Source: Candidatus Daviesbacteria bacterium
GTDB lineage: Bacteria; Patescibacteriota; Microgenomatia; Daviesbacterales; UBA10151
DNA length: 64,000 nt
Direction: 5' to 3'
Assembly (NCBI GenBank): GCA_016187035.1
Contig: JACPKL010000010.1
Coordinates: 26,014-90,013 of the forward strand
Shown here: positions 19,630 to 28,866 of the stretch, piece after piece
How the letters are laid out: the number at the start of each line of letters is the position of its first letter
Numbering within the stretch: position 1 is the first letter of the stretch
The notes under the pieces: model-generated
The model's input: the letters and a program-made list of their open reading frames with translations, nothing else
Database searches by the model: none
What the model was told of the DNA's origin: nothing
Translations under genes and position numbers: made by a program

Positions 19630-19902
19630 TTATTTAATCTGCCTTTTTAAAGTTTTCCCCGCAGTAAAGCCAGGTGTCTTCTTATTAGGGATTTGGATAG
19701 TCTCTCCTGTTTGTGGATTTCTCCCACGCCTGGCTGCCCTTGATCTAATTAAAAAGGTTCCAAAACCTGTAATAACAATTTTTTCTCCTCTGACTAATCC
19801 ATCTTTAATCAAATTAAAGGTTGAATTAACCGCATCAGATGCAGCTCTTTTTGTGAGATTAGCTTTTTTAGCAACCTTTTCAATTAACTCATTTTTTGTC
19901 AT
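19630..19902 (-). CDS. hup: HU family DNA-binding protein
   Basis: MTKNELI...GFGTF...RRGRNPQTGE. Confidence 0.96.
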   Translation of the reverse strand: MTKNELIEKVAKKANLTKRAASDAVNSTFNLIKDGLVRGEKIVITGFGTFLIRSRAARRGRNPQTGETIQIPNKKTPGFTAGKTLKRQIK

Positions 19903-19978
19903 GACATTAACTTAGCAAAAGATTAATCTTTTGTAAAGACCCGAAACAATTTAGTAAACTAAGTTATAATTTTATGAG

Positions 19979-21376
19979 ATGGTTTATTTTAAAAAAATTT
20001 TCTTAAACTTAAAGGGACTTTTCATTTTCCCTAAATCTTTTGCAGATAATAAAACCGTACTAAAATATGCAGTATCGCTTTTTTTAATCTGGAGATTGGC
20101 TCTACTTTTTATCGCATTTTTAGGATTAAGTGTCTTCCCAAATCTGGATTTTTATAATAAAAAATTATTCTTCCCTCATATAGGCCTAAATTTTTGGGAC
20201 AGATGGGCTAATTGGGACTCAGGAGCGTTTATGTATATTGCAAAAAACGGATATGTCCCGGGCTGGACAGTCTTTTTCCCATTATACTCAATCTTTATTA
20301 AATTTGTAACACTTTTTGGACTTAATACTTTTTGGGCGGGCTTTCTAATTTCTCAAGTGAGCACCATTATATTTCTATTTTATCTATATAAGATAACCAT
20401 CTTAGATTTTGATACGAAAGTTGCTAAAAGAACACTTTTCGCAATCCTTATTTTCCCCACCAGTTTTTATCTGGGTAGTGTTTATAGCGAATCTTTGTTT
20501 TTAGCAACTTCAATTTCAGCTTGCTATTATGCTAGAAAAGAAAAGTGGTTATTGGCTTCACTATTAGCAGCTTTAGCATCTTCAACTAGACTGGTTGGTC
20601 TCGGAGTAATTCTAGTCATTTTCATTGAGTATTTTACTAAACAACCAAAGATTAATCTTGGTTTCCTCTGGCATAATAGATTCAATAGAGTATCTATCTA
20701 TCTAATTTTAATTATTATTGTTCTAGATATTACTAATAACTCCATTAAAACAAATAACTTACTGATCTCTGGTGTAATAGTTAGTGTAATAGAACTGACT
20801 GCTTGGATTTTGATACTAGTTGGTCTACTTATATTGTCTCAATTTATAAAGTCTATGAAAAGTATAAATATTAATAAAATCTTATCTATTAATTTTGGGT
20901 ATTTATATCTTTCTTTACTTCCTTTTGCTGCTTATCTTCTCTATCAAAAATTTAGATTTGGCTCATATCTAACATTCATTAAAAGTGAGTCCTGGTGGGG
21001 CCGAACACTTAGCGAACCTTGGATAGGACCCTTATATAGTTTCCTGTATCTAATATCAAACTCACCAACTACAACTGAGTTTACTGCTCACATATATGTT
21101 AGGTCTCTAGTTTTTATTATAAGTTTAGTTTGCTTAATAATCTGTTGCTACAAATTACGTCCTTCCTATATTGCCTTTTATTTGATAGCTTTTCTTTTCC
21201 CCTTATTTTCAGGAACCTTGGCCGATTTTCCTAGATATTCTTTAATAATCTTCCCAATGTTTATTATTTTTGGAACAATCAAAAATGAGTTGATCCAAAA
21301 AATGAGTATACTTTTTTCAATACTTCTACTCTCTGTTTTAACTATTCTTTATTTCAACTCTTACTTTTTTATCTAG
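19979..21376 (+). CDS. GT-C glycosyltransferase (PIG-V-like)
   Basis: NWDSGAFMYIAKNGY, FFPLY, FPTSFYL..VYSESLF, TRLVG. Confidence 0.8.
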   Translation: MVYFKKIFLNLKGLFIFPKSFADNKTVLKYAVSLFLIWRLALLFIAFLGLSVFPNLDFYNKKLFFPHIGLNFWDRWANWDSGAFMYIAKNGYVPGWTVFFPLYSIFIKFVTLFGLNTFWAGFLISQVSTIIFLFYLYKITILDFDTKVAKRTLFAILIFPTSFYLGSVYSESLFLATSISACYYARKEKWLLASLLAALASSTRLVGLGVILVIFIEYFTKQPKINLGFLWHNRFNRVSIYLILIIIVLDITNNSIKTNNLLISGVIVSVIELTAWILILVGLLILSQFIKSMKSININKILSINFGYLYLSLLPFAAYLLYQKFRFGSYLTFIKSESWWGRTLSEPWIGPLYSFLYLISNSPTTTEFTAHIYVRSLVFIISLVCLIICCYKLRPSYIAFYLIAFLFPLFSGTLADFPRYSLIIFPMFIIFGTIKNELIQKMSILFSILLLSVLTILYFNSYFFI

Positions 21377-21440
21377 TTTCTATATGAAACACTCAATAAC
21401 TAAACTAATTAGTCAATGTACGAGTTGGAAACATGCTAAA

Positions 21441-23069
21441 TTAGTATTCCACCTTTTTACCATTTAAAGAGTAAAGTTTAACTCTTGTTAAATCATTGTT
21501 ATATACTAGGATCCAATCCTTAAATTTTTCCGGTAAAGATATACCCTTGGTCAGGATATAATCAAATTTATCGCCTTTTTTAATCCAACTTTCATGGATA
21601 TAAGGAAAGTTAACATAGTATAAATTACTAATCCCGTAGATTAAGACTTTGTTATCAGGTTTTATAGTCCTTGTAAAGAAATTGTCTACATCATAAAAAT
21701 TACCTACATTGTACTCTAAATTATTAGACATAAATGTATCCACATTTTCCTTACCCAAAAAAACAGGAACAAACCGTTTATTGGCAGTGCCGCGGTAGAC
21801 GATAGAACTAAGCGAAACAATCAATACTACTGCCAGAAGAAATTTATATAACAGCTTGCTTTTCAAAAGATTGAGAAGAAGAACAAAAAGCAATGAGAAG
21901 GCCGGCAAATAAGGCATAACGAACCTTCCGCTACTTGCAAGAGGGGTAAAGTAGAGAAGAATGGATCCGAGGGCAAGATATATGAGTAATAAATTAATCA
22001 GTAATCGGGTCTGTTTATTGATTGTTTGAAATAGAATATTGCCAAAATAAAATATTATAAGTGGTAGGGAAATAAAATAAATGGGTGAGAGAGGATCAGG
22101 AGAAAGAAGAAAAATAGACCATGTAGTACTTATAATATCTGTAGGATTAAAAGATGTCGCTTCACCTAAATTTTGATTAATTGGTGAAAAAATAGGATAA
22201 AAAGGATTCCCTGTGTTAAGGTAGGAAAAAATCAACCAGGGAGAAACAATAATGAAAACTATTGTACAAAAAAATAAAGATTGTTTAAGAACAGTAACTA
22301 ATTTAACTTTTTTCAAAAGAGATATATATAGAAGTAAAGTAAGGTAAATAGCAACAGACCATAGGCTTAAAAGTTTGCAAGATGCTGCAAAACCCAGCAT
22401 TGTTGCTGATATTGTCAGCCATTTAGAAAGCCTGTATCTGATAAAGTTAAGAAAACTCCACAAAGCCAAAGTTTCAAAAAAGGTTCTTGCTAAATCAATA
22501 TAGGCTGTTATAGACATCCACCCCACAACCAAATTTGAATAGAAAATAAGGCTGACCAAAAGAGAATCTTTAGATGACAGAAAGCTACGAGATATTTTAT
22601 ATAAAGCAACAAGAGTTGCTATTCCAAATAAAAGATGAATTATTTTAGCAGTGATCTCACTTCCTAAAGCAAGAGCTGCAATATAAAACATCTCAGTAAA
22701 CTTAGGCATGGCTGAATAATAAAGATGTCCGCCTATATAAAAGATAGAGTTTTGTTGCAAATAAATTTTGGGGATTGTTAAATGGTACCAGAGAGCATCA
22801 AAAGCAAGTTCTGGCCCTAAGGCACCAATCAGATTAATCAAGGTTTGAATAATAATTAAAGAGATCAAGAGAATAGAAGATGGCTGATTTTTTCTTATAT
22901 AGATTTTAAAATGCAATAGATCTTTTAATCTTTTCCGAAAGTTTAGAGTTAAAATTAAAAGAAAACTTATCGTACTGATAGAAATAATGTCTTTTTTCAG
23001 AAGATGCAAAAGTCCCAATAAGAATATAAGGTAAGAATAAAGCGCGCTTAAAAGGGCCAATTTAAACAT
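21441..23069 (-). CDS. GT-C glycosyltransferase (ArnT/PMT_2-like)
   Basis: PELAFDALWYHL, AYIDL, GNPFYP; multi-TM. Confidence 0.75.
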   Translation of the reverse strand: MFKLALLSALYSYLIFLLGLLHLLKKDIISISTISFLLILTLNFRKRLKDLLHFKIYIRKNQPSSILLISLIIIQTLINLIGALGPELAFDALWYHLTIPKIYLQQNSIFYIGGHLYYSAMPKFTEMFYIAALALGSEITAKIIHLLFGIATLVALYKISRSFLSSKDSLLVSLIFYSNLVVGWMSITAYIDLARTFFETLALWSFLNFIRYRLSKWLTISATMLGFAASCKLLSLWSVAIYLTLLLYISLLKKVKLVTVLKQSLFFCTIVFIIVSPWLIFSYLNTGNPFYPIFSPINQNLGEATSFNPTDIISTTWSIFLLSPDPLSPIYFISLPLIIFYFGNILFQTINKQTRLLINLLLIYLALGSILLYFTPLASSGRFVMPYLPAFSLLFVLLLNLLKSKLLYKFLLAVVLIVSLSSIVYRGTANKRFVPVFLGKENVDTFMSNNLEYNVGNFYDVDNFFTRTIKPDNKVLIYGISNLYYVNFPYIHESWIKKGDKFDYILTKGISLPEKFKDWILVYNNDLTRVKLYSLNGKKVEY

Positions 23070-23175
23070 ATACTTTTTCTACATATTAGAAAATAGAAAT
23101 AATAGAGCAAAATGAAAATAACAAACAGAATATAGCAAGTTTGTATTAAAACATCACCCTGCTTTTTGGATAAAT

Positions 23176-24522
23176 TCATTGGGGTAAAGTAGTGATAGTC
23201 TCAGATACCCTAGTCTCTCTGAGAGCTGTAATCCTAACAGAACCCGGCACCATAACATCTCTGGAAATCTGCTCTGCTATATCGTGCGTTAATTTAGGTA
23301 ATCCTTCGTCTGATATTTTATCAGGCATAACAATCACCCTAACTTCTCTACCGGCTTGAACAGCAAAACATTTTTCAACTCCCTCAAAAGATAAAGCAAT
23401 TCTCTCTATGTCAGACAATCTCTTAATATAATCTTCCACATTTTCATGTCTGGCACCAGGCCTTGCTCCAGAAATTGCATCGGCTATATAAACCAAGATT
23501 GATTCAACCGAAGAAAAATCTTTGTCCTCATGATGCTCTGCAATACAATTGATAACTTTTTCCGGCAGGCTAAATTTTTTAGCTAAAGCAACCCCTTTAT
23601 CAACGTGTGAACCTTCATCATCAGCAATAATTTTTCCAATATCATGTAGCAGGCAGCCTAATCTTACTACATTAACATCTGCCTTTAACATATGAGCCAA
23701 AGCTACGCCAATTTGTGTTTCTTCTTGGGTATGTTGAATCAAATTTTGTCCATACGAATATCTATATTTAAATCTTCCAATTAAGTCTACCAATTCAACT
23801 GGTAAATTATATACTCCGATATCATGACATAGTTTTTCTCCAGCCTGCCTCATTATTTTGTTTATGTCTTCTTCTGTTTTAATAACAATCTCTTCAATTC
23901 TTTGAGGTTGAATCCTACCATCTGTAATTAATCTTTCTAAAGCTACCTTGGCAACCTCTCTTCTAACTGGATCAAAAGAAGAAAGAATTAAAGTATCAGG
24001 AATCTCATCATCCATCACTACATCCACGCCTGTTACTTGCTCAAAGGTTCTAACATTTCTCCCTTCTTTGCCAATAATCTTTCCTTTTATATCTTCATCA
24101 GGTAATTTTACTTTTGAGGTGGTAAACTCAGAGATATAATCTGTAACTCCATGCAACATAGAATCTGCAAGAATTTCTTTAGCTAACTTTTCTGATTGAA
24201 GTTTAATTTCGTTCTCAGCTTCTTTAATTTTTTTAGAAATTTCTGCAGTTAAATCTTTCTCAACCTGCTCTAAAAGCAGCTTTTTCGCTTCTTCTGCATT
24301 CAATTTAGAAACCATTTCCAGTTTATCTATTAAATCTATTCTTTTCTTTTCTAAATTTGCTAACTTTTCATCGAAAATTGCCTGTTTTTCCAGCAGTTGT
24401 CTTTCTCTTTCTTCCAGAATACCTTCTCTTTTGGCTAATTCTGCTTCACTGTTAGACAAACTAATATTAGGTGTTGGATTAGATTGTGGACTGAAATTTT
24501 TAGGACCAAATGTACGTTGCAT
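23176..24522 (-). CDS. rny: ribonuclease Y
   Basis: KH domain KGKIIGKEGRN, HD domain LLHDIGK, DAISGARPGAR. Confidence 0.95.
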   Translation of the reverse strand: MQRTFGPKNFSPQSNPTPNISLSNSEAELAKREGILEERERQLLEKQAIFDEKLANLEKKRIDLIDKLEMVSKLNAEEAKKLLLEQVEKDLTAEISKKIKEAENEIKLQSEKLAKEILADSMLHGVTDYISEFTTSKVKLPDEDIKGKIIGKEGRNVRTFEQVTGVDVVMDDEIPDTLILSSFDPVRREVAKVALERLITDGRIQPQRIEEIVIKTEEDINKIMRQAGEKLCHDIGVYNLPVELVDLIGRFKYRYSYGQNLIQHTQEETQIGVALAHMLKADVNVVRLGCLLHDIGKIIADDEGSHVDKGVALAKKFSLPEKVINCIAEHHEDKDFSSVESILVYIADAISGARPGARHENVEDYIKRLSDIERIALSFEGVEKCFAVQAGREVRVIVMPDKISDEGLPKLTHDIAEQISRDVMVPGSVRITALRETRVSETITTLPQ

Positions 24523-24531
24523 TTTGCAATT

Positions 24532-25188
24532 TTATCTTTTTTTTAGAAGATTTTCAACAACACCTTTTGTAATCTCATAATCAAACCCTCGTCTTAATAA
24601 AAATTCATAAGCCTTCTTTTTGCTTTCTTGATAAGCTAAGTTTTGCCATCTTGATAACCTCTTATTAACTAGTTGTTCTGCCACTTCTGCTTGCTTGATA
24701 ACTGAAGATTGAGAATTAATGACTTCTTCAATTATTTCTCTATCAATTCCTTTCTTGTATAGTTCTGATTTAATAACTTGAACTCCCTTTTTCTTACTTC
24801 TTGCTTCTATCCAAACCTTAGCAAACTCCTTATCATTTAATAGTCTTTTTTGTTTTAGTTTTTCTATTACTAAATTAACAACTGCCTCAGAAATTTCTTC
24901 CTGCTTTTTGATTTTCCTTTTAAAGGATAAGTTTTTAAGATAATCTTTTATTTCTTTTTCGCTTCTGGCCCTTTTATTAAAAAAAACATAAACTCTCTCC
25001 ATTAACTTACCTATCTCTGCTTCAAAAAGTAATTTTTCTATTAAAGACTGATCAATTATTTTTCCGCTGATCAGACGGTATTCAACCACTAAATCTTCAT
25101 CGGCTCCAAAAGCAAACTGACCATCTAAAAAAATATTAAATCTATGGGGATTCTTCTTTTGGGCTTCAACTGAAGTGATTTTTGGCAT
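24532..25188 (-). CDS. recX: regulatory protein RecX
   Basis: RSEKEI, LLNDKEFA, LYKKGI, LLRRGF; downstream of recA. Confidence 0.9.
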   Translation of the reverse strand: MPKITSVEAQKKNPHRFNIFLDGQFAFGADEDLVVEYRLISGKIIDQSLIEKLLFEAEIGKLMERVYVFFNKRARSEKEIKDYLKNLSFKRKIKKQEEISEAVVNLVIEKLKQKRLLNDKEFAKVWIEARSKKKGVQVIKSELYKKGIDREIIEEVINSQSSVIKQAEVAEQLVNKRLSRWQNLAYQESKKKAYEFLLRRGFDYEITKGVVENLLKKR

Positions 25189-26282
25189 TAAGCTGTCTCT
25201 TGAGTAGATGCATCTTCATCTTCTTCGCCTACAACTAGCCGTTCTTTACCCTCTTTTTGTTTAGCCCAAATTTCTCTTATTTCTTTTTCTAATTTCTCTG
25301 CCTCTTTTTTACTCTGCGCAGCAGAGGAGCTTTGCTCATTTTCTCCTTTAAGATATGCAATTGCAGCAGGCCTACCTTGACCTATTATTTTCTCATCCCA
25401 TTTAATAAAAGCCCCACTCTTTGTTAAAATCCCGAGCTCTATTCCTACATCCAATAACTCTCCTTCATGAGAAATACCGTTTTCATCCATATCAAATTCA
25501 GCAATCCTAAACGGGGGAGCCACTTTATTTTTCACTACTTTAACTCTGTGTCTTGAACCAACAACTGTATCACCTGATTTGATATTTTCTATTTTTCTGA
25601 TATCTAATCTGACTGAGGAATAGAATTTCAGAGCTAAACCGCCGGGAGTAGTCTCTGGATTGCCAAACATTACCCCGATTTTTTGTCTGAGTTGATTGGT
25701 AAAAATAGCAATAGTATTAGTATTTGCAATTGCCCCGGTCAGTTTTCTTAAAGCCTGTGACATTAATCTTGCCTGCACACCAATGGAGGATTCACCCATT
25801 TCACCTTCTAACTCAGAACGGGGAACTAAAGCTGCTACCGAATCAATCACAATTACATCAATTCCTCCAGAACGGATCAAAGCTTCAGCAATTTCTAAAC
25901 CCTGCTCACCAGTATCTGGTTGGGAAATTAACAAATCATCTAATTTAACTCCAATCCTTTGAGCCCTTTGTGGATCTAAAGCATGCTCAGCATCAATAAA
26001 TGCAGCTGCTCCTCCTAGTTTTTGGGCCTCAGCAATTAAATGAAGAGCGATGGAAGTTTTCCCGCTAGCCTCGGGACCAAAGATTTCAATAATTCTTCCT
26101 TTTGGTAAACCACCAACTCCCAAGGCTAAATCTACTGCTAAAGACCCTGTGGAGATAACTTGGGTAGATAGCTTTTCTGCTCTTTCACCAAGCTTCATGA
26201 TGGAACCAGTACCATACTGTTTTTGGATTTGGGCCATAGCGGCAGCAATTGCAGCTTTCTTAGCCTCATTATTTGAAGACAT
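25188..26282 (-). CDS. recA: recombinase RecA
   Basis: [28 protein letters not shown]; start placed at MSSNNE. Confidence 0.98.
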   Translation of the reverse strand: MSSNNEAKKAAIAAAMAQIQKQYGTGSIMKLGERAEKLSTQVISTGSLAVDLALGVGGLPKGRIIEIFGPEASGKTSIALHLIAEAQKLGGAAAFIDAEHALDPQRAQRIGVKLDDLLISQPDTGEQGLEIAEALIRSGGIDVIVIDSVAALVPRSELEGEMGESSIGVQARLMSQALRKLTGAIANTNTIAIFTNQLRQKIGVMFGNPETTPGGLALKFYSSVRLDIRKIENIKSGDTVVGSRHRVKVVKNKVAPPFRIAEFDMDENGISHEGELLDVGIELGILTKSGAFIKWDEKIIGQGRPAAIAYLKGENEQSSSAAQSKKEAEKLEKEIREIWAKQKEGKERLVVGEEDEDASTQETA

Positions 26283-26347
26283 AAATTTAATATACCAAAT
26301 ATTTCCCAAATGTCAATATCTTAAGTTCAGTAATTATCCTATAGTTG

Positions 26348-26418
26348 TCGGGGAAGAGAGAATCGAACTCTCGATATCGCACCCCCAGCGCGATGTGTTA
26401 CCACTATACCATTCCCCG
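26348..26418 (-). tRNA. tRNA-Pro (GGG), CCA not encoded
   Basis: Acceptor CGGGGAA/UUCCCCG, anticodon stem-loop UCGCG-CUGGGGG-UGCGA, T-loop UUCGAUU, C1:G72 and A73. Confidence 0.93.
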
Positions 26419-26465
26419 TAAGTAGGTTGTATTTTATCATTATGCATTAGTATAATTCCATTGTT

Positions 26466-27170
26466 ATGAAACTTAAAATTGATAATAAAATCTTTGAACG
26501 ATTCCCTGACTTAATATTAGGTGTAGCCAGTATTAATAATATTAATAACAACGGTGATAACCCAGAAATATCAAATTTACTTAGAGAATCTGAAGAGCAA
26601 ATCATGAAAAATTTAGCTAATACTCTAATTATTGAACATCCGCAAATTATTCCCTGGAGAGAAGCTTATAGAAAATTTGGTGCTAAACCAAAAGATTATC
26701 CTTCTTCAATTGAAAATCTATTAAGAAGAACTGTTAAAGGTCAGCAAGTCCGGCACATTAATAAATTAGTAGATATTTATAATATTATTTCTTTAAAATA
26801 TTTACTTCCAGTCGGTGGAGAAGATATTTCAAAAATAAAAGGAGATATCTTTCTTACCTATGCCTCAAGTTCAGAAACCCCAGTCACTCTTTTAGGTGAA
26901 AGCGAACCAAGACCTCCGCACCCAGGAGAAGTAATATATAAAGATGATATCGGTATACTTTGCAGAAGATGGAATTGGAAAGAAGCAGACAGGACTAAGC
27001 TGACAGAAGAAACAAAAAATGCTGTAATTGTTATCGAAGGTCTGCCTCCTGTTGATAAAACAAAAATACAAGAGGCTTTACGCAAGTTAGATGGATTAAT
27101 TAAAAAGTATTGTGGTGGAGAAATTAATTCTTCAGTTTTAGATAAAACAAATCCTCAATTTGAACTATGA
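26466..27170 (+). CDS. B3/B4 domain protein (PheRS beta editing-like)
   Basis: WREAYRKFG..P..YPSSIENL.RR, INKLVDIYN..SL, CRRWNWKE. Confidence 0.9.
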   Translation: MKLKIDNKIFERFPDLILGVASINNINNNGDNPEISNLLRESEEQIMKNLANTLIIEHPQIIPWREAYRKFGAKPKDYPSSIENLLRRTVKGQQVRHINKLVDIYNIISLKYLLPVGGEDISKIKGDIFLTYASSSETPVTLLGESEPRPPHPGEVIYKDDIGILCRRWNWKEADRTKLTEETKNAVIVIEGLPPVDKTKIQEALRKLDGLIKKYCGGEINSSVLDKTNPQFEL

Positions 27171-27436
27171 AACAACATTTAAACATTAAAATCTATGGTT
27201 TAGTCCAGGGAATATTTTTTAGAGCAACAGCTAAGAAGCAAGCTGAAAAATTAAATATCACAGGCTTTGCCAGAAATGAACCAGATGGTTCAGTATATAT
27301 TGAAGCAGAAGGGGAAAAGAACAATTTAGATAAATTCATCAAATGGTGTAATAAAGGTCCTTCCATGGCAGAGGTAGAAAAAGTTATTATTGAAGAAAGT
27401 AAATTACAAAATTTCCCCAACTTCGAAATATATTAA
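27167..27436 (+). CDS. acyP: acylphosphatase
   Basis: GLVQGIFFR, GFARNEPDGSV. Confidence 0.95.
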   Translation: MKQHLNIKIYGLVQGIFFRATAKKQAEKLNITGFARNEPDGSVYIEAEGEKNNLDKFIKWCNKGPSMAEVEKVIIEESKLQNFPNFEIY

Positions 27437-27528
27437 AATACACAATATATAGTATATTGACTGCCAAACATATCAATATGAATTAATTATTAAACTCCTT
27501 AAAAGATATAAACTATATTTAGTTTAAT

Positions 27529-27556
27529 TTGCTCTAATGATACGTATCATCTTAAT
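27529..27556. repeat. orphan copy (A) of a 28-bp palindromic site
   Basis: ttgctctaatgatacgtatcatcttaat; core ATGATACGTATCAT; 27/28 identical to 51414-51441 and 26/28 to 51894-51921. Confidence 0.9.
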
Positions 27557-27591
27557 CGAATATCAGAACTCCTAGTAATAACTAGTAAATA

Positions 27592-28707
27592 CTAAACTAT
27601 TCTTTCCCAGGGGAATTCTTCCCTACCGAAGTGACCATAGGAAGCTGTAGGAAGATATATTGGCCTTTGCAAATCTAATCCTTTTAATATCCCCGCAACC
27701 GAAGTATCTAAAATTTTCTCCATAAAAGACAAAATAACTTTATGTGATTTTTTAGCTGTCCCAAAAGTCTCTACATCCTGCATAGTTGGTTTTTTTGCCC
27801 CTATAAAATAAGCAAGTCTTACTTCTGCCCTGTCTGCTAATTTTTGTGCCACAATATTTTTAGCTAAATACCTGGCAGCATATGCACCTGAGCGGTCAAC
27901 TTTTGTTGGGTCCTTTCCTGAAAAAGCGCCTCCTCCTACCCTGGCATATCCTCCATATCCATCCACTACAATTTTTCTGCCGGTAACTCCACAATCAGCA
28001 GCAGGACCGCCATGATGCCAAACCCCTGTCCCGTTAACAATTAAGTCTTTAATATCAATTTTGTATCCAAACTGCTCTAAAACTGGCATCACCACTGCAT
28101 TATAGATATCTTTTTTAACTTTATTTAATTTAACTGACTCTTCATGAGGTATCGCAATTACTACTTGTAAAACCTTTTTTGGCTTACCATTTTCATACTC
28201 TACAGTTATCTGGCTTTTGCCATCTGGCCGAAGGTATGGGACTAACTTTTCCTCCCTGACTTGATCCATTCTTTTGGTTAAAGCGTGGGCTATCATAATA
28301 GCTGTTGGCATCAGTTCTTTAGTTTCCGAACAAGCGTATCCGAATTGCATTCCCTGGTCACCAGCTCCTTTATGATCTACCCCCACTGAAATTTCCGGTG
28401 ATTGTTCATGAATATGCAAATCAATTAAAGATTTATCAGAAAAATTATAGATAGAATCCGTATACCCTAATCTTCTGATTTGCTCTCTGGCAACTTTTTT
28501 AAAATCCACTTTAGCATTTGCTGTAATTTCTCCGGAAATTACCACCCTGTTAAAACCTACCAATGTTTCACAGGCCACATGTCCAAATCTGTCCTGGGTT
28601 AAGACTGCATCTAATATTGCATCAGAAATTTGGTCACAGATTTTATCCGGATGACCTGCGCATACTGATTCAGACGTAAATGTTGTAATACCATTACTTT
28701 TTATCAT
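27592..28707 (-). CDS. metK: S-adenosylmethionine synthetase
   Basis: FTSESV..GHPDKICDQISD, GAGDQG, GGGAFSGKD; start reassigned to MIKSNG downstream of the riboswitch. Confidence 0.97.
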   Translation of the reverse strand: MIKSNGITTFTSESVCAGHPDKICDQISDAILDAVLTQDRFGHVACETLVGFNRVVISGEITANAKVDFKKVAREQIRRLGYTDSIYNFSDKSLIDLHIHEQSPEISVGVDHKGAGDQGMQFGYACSETKELMPTAIMIAHALTKRMDQVREEKLVPYLRPDGKSQITVEYENGKPKKVLQVVIAIPHEESVKLNKVKKDIYNAVVMPVLEQFGYKIDIKDLIVNGTGVWHHGGPAADCGVTGRKIVVDGYGGYARVGGGAFSGKDPTKVDRSGAYAARYLAKNIVAQKLADRAEVRLAYFIGAKKPTMQDVETFGTAKKSHKVILSFMEKILDTSVAGILKGLDLQRPIYLPTASYGHFGREEFPWERIV

Positions 28708-28713
28708 ATCTTC

Positions 28714-28840
28714 AAAAAAACCTCTCAAAAGAGAGGTTGAAAGTTTCCCTTCGATTACGCTCAGGGCACATTGTCCTCTCGGATCTGGCACCTTAACTTA
28801 AGGTTGCCGGCTCACCTTTTTCAGGCAGCACTCTTAATGC
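28714..28840 (-). promoter_or_regulatory. SAM-I/IV-type riboswitch with intrinsic terminator
   Basis: GCAUUAAGAG...GGCAACC...GGUGCCAGAUCC...AAUGU core upstream of metK; terminator AACCUCUC-UUUU-GAGAGGUUUUUUU at 28714-28738. Confidence 0.88.
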
Positions 28841-28866
28841 TTGTTAATAGTAAACCACAAATCAAA

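Noticed and set aside
23070..23160. Possible degenerate duplicate of the neighbouring glycosyltransferase N-terminus (YKLAIFCLLFSF)
   Set aside because: Short, AT-rich and interrupted by stops; not distinguishable from chance.
26050..26421. 123-aa plus-strand ORF
   Set aside because: Antisense to recA and tRNA-Pro.
28708..28791. 28-aa N-terminal extension of MetK
   Set aside because: It is the riboswitch, repeat and terminator sequence.
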